Of a DNA stretch of 49,926 nucleotides, positions 46,726-49,926 are shown in pieces. Location: positions 1-49,926 of the forward strand of contig JANODG010000248.1 in NCBI GenBank assembly GCA_031412575.1, written 5' to 3'. The notes below the pieces were generated by a model, which was not told where the DNA came from, did no database searches, and saw only the letters and a program-made list of their open reading frames with translations. Positions within the stretch are counted from its first letter, which is position 1, and every line of letters starts with the position of its first letter. The translations under genes were made by a program, and so were the position numbers. The stretch comes from Bdellovibrionales bacterium. GTDB taxonomy: Bacteria > Bdellovibrionota > Bdellovibrionia > Bdellovibrionales > UBA1609.

Positions 46726-49700
46726 TTGATTAAAAGAGACCATTTCCAACAGCAAATGTTTGCAATTTTCGCGATGATTTTTTTCATTAGCGGATGCGGC
46801 GAAGTCGTTGGCTCCAAGGACTTTTCTACGGTTGAAACGGCTAATATCGGCTGGAAAAACGTTCCGGATATAAATTCATCTAACATTTCCAGTTTTCCAT
46901 TAGTTGGCACTTGTACACCGCAAGCTGGTGCAGTGACTGTTCGCGTTGGTGCACCAATGATCGCCACACAAATTTTAAATTGTGATCGCGATCGTTTTAA
47001 TGGAGCTATCGATTTAAGTATCGTAGGAATACCAGAAGGCATGACCGAACTTTTGGCCACTCAAAGTGTGATCTCTGCAGAGGCGATGACAAACTTGTGG
47101 GTGGACACAGTAGTTCCATCGGTGCCAATAATAATTTCTCCATCGACTGGTGCAATAGTTGTAACCAGATTATTAACTGTGGATGGTACTTGTGAAACTG
47201 GATCTGTAGTTAATGTGTCAGGCGATATCACAAATTCTAACTTTACAACGACATGTTCGAGCGGAACATTTTCTGGCGTTGTAACTACAACAAATGGTGA
47301 TGGCCCAAAAACGATCAATGTCACTCAAACAGATGGTTCTGGAAATATCTCTCCTGCTGTAAGTGTATCAGTGAATCTTGACACCAGTGGCGCCTTAATT
47401 CCTTTAGCTCCAGTCATAACTTCACCTACAAACAGCAGCGCAACAAATACCACATCCCAAAATATTATTGGGACGTGCGTGAATGGAGCCACAGTTAGTG
47501 TTACAGGAAGTGTAACTCTTAGTCCGGTCACTGCAGTGTGTGTCGGCGGGAATTATAATATTCCTGTAGTTTTGACTGCAGGTGATGGTGTAAAGACCGT
47601 CAATGTTAATCAGACCAATATTTATGGAAACTCACCATCAACAAGCATAACTGTAATCCTTGATACTTTACCTCCTATTGCTCCTATAATCACTTCTCCT
47701 TCCAACTCAGCCTCAGTAAATACGGTTAATCAAACTATTGTTGGGACTTGCGAAACCGGCGCTAGTGTTTCTATAAATGGAAACGTAGTGGGCGGGCCAA
47801 TCACATCAGTTTGCGTGGGTGGAAATTATTCTGAAGTTATAAGTCTTGTTCCAGGCGATGGGCCTAAAAATTTAAACGTCACACAAACCGACCCAACTGG
47901 AAACACATCACCTACAACAAGCATTATTGTTAACTTGGATACCGTTGCACCTGTTGCGCCTGTAATCACTTCACCTTCAAATTTAAGTTTGGTGAATAAT
48001 ACTTCGCAAACTTTAGTTGGAACTTGTGAAGCGGGGACTACTTTAAACATCACAGGTAATATTGTAGGTAGTCCTGTCGTTGTTGTCTGTGTGGCAGGAA
48101 ATTATTCACAACCCGTAAGTCTTACTCCTGCTAATGGCGTAAAAAATATTTCTGTAACTCAGACAGATCCTTCAGGTAATACATCTCCTTCAACAAGTGT
48201 GAGTTTAACTTTAGATACGACTAGCCCTATAGCACCAACAATCACTTCGCCGACAAGTGGAAGCATTGTAAATACAGTCAGCCAAACAATAATCGGATCG
48301 TGTGAAACTAATGCTAACGTTAGTATCTCTGGGAACATTGTTGGAAGTCCGGTGACTTTAGTTTGTGTGGCTGGAAATTATTCTCAGCCTGTAAATTTAG
48401 TCGCTGGTGATGGTGTAAAAAATATTACAGTCCAGCAAACAGATCCTGCTGGAAATGCGTCTCCAAATACAAGCATTAGCATAACTTTAGATTCGTCAGC
48501 TCCTTCAGCACCGCTGATAACTTCTCCAACAAACTCAAGCTTTGTGAATAACGTCGCACAAACCATTATAGGCACGTGCGAAGCCGGTTCGACAGTGAAC
48601 ATATCTGGAAATATTACGGGTTCACCAGTAAGCACATCTTGTGTTGCAGGTAACTACACTCGAGCCGTGACATTAACAGCAGGTGATGGAGTTAAAAATA
48701 TTTCTGTGACTCAAACAGATGGCGGTGGAAATATTTCACCTGCATCATCTATAAATGTAACTTTAGATACTTCTGCTCCTTTGGCTCCATTGATCTCTTC
48801 GCCAACCAATGCAAGCACTGTAAATAGTGTTGCTCAGACAGTAGTGGGTACTTGCGAAACAGGTGCAAGCGTAAATATTTCCGGCAACCTTGTGGGTTCG
48901 CCTATCACAACATCCTGTACTGCTGGTAATTATTCACAAGCAGTAAATTTAGTCGCTGGTGATGGAGTAAAATCAATCGTCGTTAACCAAACAGATTTAG
49001 CCGGAAACACTTCACCGAATACTTCAATCAATATAACTTTAGATGGAACAGGACCGGCGGCTCCGACTGTCACTTCGCCAACAAATTTAAGTTCTGTGAA
49101 TACAACAGCTCAAACTGTTATTGGTGCTTGCGAAATCGGTGCAACTGTCGAAATCACAGGTAACGTGACAGGTTCACCTTTAACAGTGGCATGTCCTGCG
49201 GGAACATATTCACAACCTGTAACTTTAACGGCTGTTGACGGCGTTAAAAACATTTCAGTCACTCAAACAGATACAGGTGGAAATACTTCACCTGCAACAT
49301 CAATAAACATCACATTAGATACTCTTGCTCCAGTAGCACCAGTGATTTCTTCACCTGCAAATGCAAGCGTTGTAAGTTCTGTAGCACAAACTATAACTGG
49401 TACTTGTGAATCTGGCACAAGTTTAAGTCTGTCAGGAAATATTGTTGGTTCTCCTGTTGCTGCAACTTGCGTTGCTGGTAACTATTCACAAGCGGTAACA
49501 TTGGTAGCAGGTGACGGTGTAAAAAACATTTCAATTACACAAACAGATGCTGCCGGAAACACTTCACCACCTGCTGCTGTAAATATCAATTTAGATACAA
49601 CAGCACCTTCAGCTCCACTGATTACTGCTCCTTCAAATGGAAGCGTTGTTGGTAACGTGGCTCAAACGGTTGTTGGTACTTGCGAAGCAGGTAGTACTGT

Positions 49701-49926
49701 AAATATCAGCGGTAACATTACGGGTTCACCAGTTTCAGCAGCATGTCCTGCGGGTAACTATTCACAAGCTGTAACATTAACTGCGGGTGATGGCGTAAAA
49801 AATATTTCAGTGACTCAAACAGATATTGCCGGAAACACTTCCGTGCCTTCAGCGATCTCAGTGACATTAGATTCAAGTGCTCCTTTAGCGCCAACGATAA
49901 CTTCACCTGCAGATGGCGTTTTTTCG
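46726..49926 (+). CDS. giant Ig-like repeat lipoprotein/adhesin, open at the right edge and absent from the ORF track
   Basis: GGAG RBS, TTG 46726 (or ATG 46756), lipobox FISGC; one frame maintained for 1067 codons with about 11 repeats of ~92 aa (GTCE..V.I.GN...C.AGNYS..V.L..GDG.K.I.VTQTD..GN.SP....LDT.AP.AP.ITSP). Confidence 0.92.
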   Translation, partial: MIKRDHFQQQMFAIFAMIFFISGCGEVVGSKDFSTVETANIGWKNVPDINSSNISSFPLVGTCTPQAGAVTVRVGAPMIATQILNCDRDRFNGAIDLSIVGIPEGMTELLATQSVISAEAMTNLWVDTVVPSVPIIISPSTGAIVVTRLLTVDGTCETGSVVNVSGDITNSNFTTTCSSGTFSGVVTTTNGDGPKTINVTQTDGSGNISPAVSVSVNLDTSGALIPLAPVITSPTNSSATNTTSQNIIGTCVNGATVSVTGSVTLSPVTAVCVGGNYNIPVVLTAGDGVKTVNVNQTNIYGNSPSTSITVILDTLPPIAPIITSPSNSASVNTVNQTIVGTCETGASVSINGNVVGGPITSVCVGGNYSEVISLVPGDGPKNLNVTQTDPTGNTSPTTSIIVNLDTVAPVAPVITSPSNLSLVNNTSQTLVGTCEAGTTLNITGNIVGSPVVVVCVAGNYSQPVSLTPANGVKNISVTQTDPSGNTSPSTSVSLTLDTTSPIAPTITSPTSGSIVNTVSQTIIGSCETNANVSISGNIVGSPVTLVCVAGNYSQPVNLVAGDGVKNITVQQTDPAGNASPNTSISITLDSSAPSAPLITSPTNSSFVNNVAQTIIGTCEAGSTVNISGNITGSPVSTSCVAGNYTRAVTLTAGDGVKNISVTQTDGGGNISPASSINVTLDTSAPLAPLISSPTNASTVNSVAQTVVGTCETGASVNISGNLVGSPITTSCTAGNYSQAVNLVAGDGVKSIVVNQTDLAGNTSPNTSINITLDGTGPAAPTVTSPTNLSSVNTTAQTVIGACEIGATVEITGNVTGSPLTVACPAGTYSQPVTLTAVDGVKNISVTQTDTGGNTSPATSINITLDTLAPVAPVISSPANASVVSSVAQTITGTCESGTSLSLSGNIVGSPVAATCVAGNYSQAVTLVAGDGVKNISITQTDAAGNTSPPAAVNINLDTTAPSAPLITAPSNGSVVGNVAQTVVGTCEAGSTVNISGNITGSPVSAACPAGNYSQAVTLTAGDGVKNISVTQTDIAGNTSVPSAISVTLDSSAPLAPTITSPADGVFS

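Noticed and set aside
46710-49906. Several minus-strand ORFs in the track
   Set aside because: Antisense shadows of the plus-strand giant repeat gene

Overview
AT-rich bacterial chromosomal window; gene content and style suggest Bdellovibrionota (inference, no search run). It has two parts. The left ~19.9 kb is an accessory region ending at the 3' end of a minus-strand tRNA-Pro(TGG). It holds a DUF4160/BrnA-like toxin-antitoxin pair, thioredoxin, DUF2177, a split DUF4331 pair plus TPR protein, a copper P-type ATPase and multicopper oxidase, an 8-bp tandem repeat, an esterase, APC permease-VIT1, BON and DUF2171 proteins, an Acg nitroreductase and cbpA. It also holds several deletion-collapsed gene relics, most absent from the ORF track, including an inverted ~290-bp ghost of the permease-VIT1 operon. 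The right part is mostly housekeeping: rpsR, rpmB, a short displaced rplX, nitrilase, rRNA methyltransferase, metG, lpxD, infA, a degenerate Tex, topA, a C-terminal protease and 2-oxoacid dehydrogenase E1 alpha/beta. It ends with an OmpA-domain/beta-barrel gene followed by a >1000-aa Ig-repeat lipoprotein that is missing from the ORF track and runs off the window. No CRISPR array, rRNA, integrase or transposase was seen. All family assignments come from motif recognition by eye.
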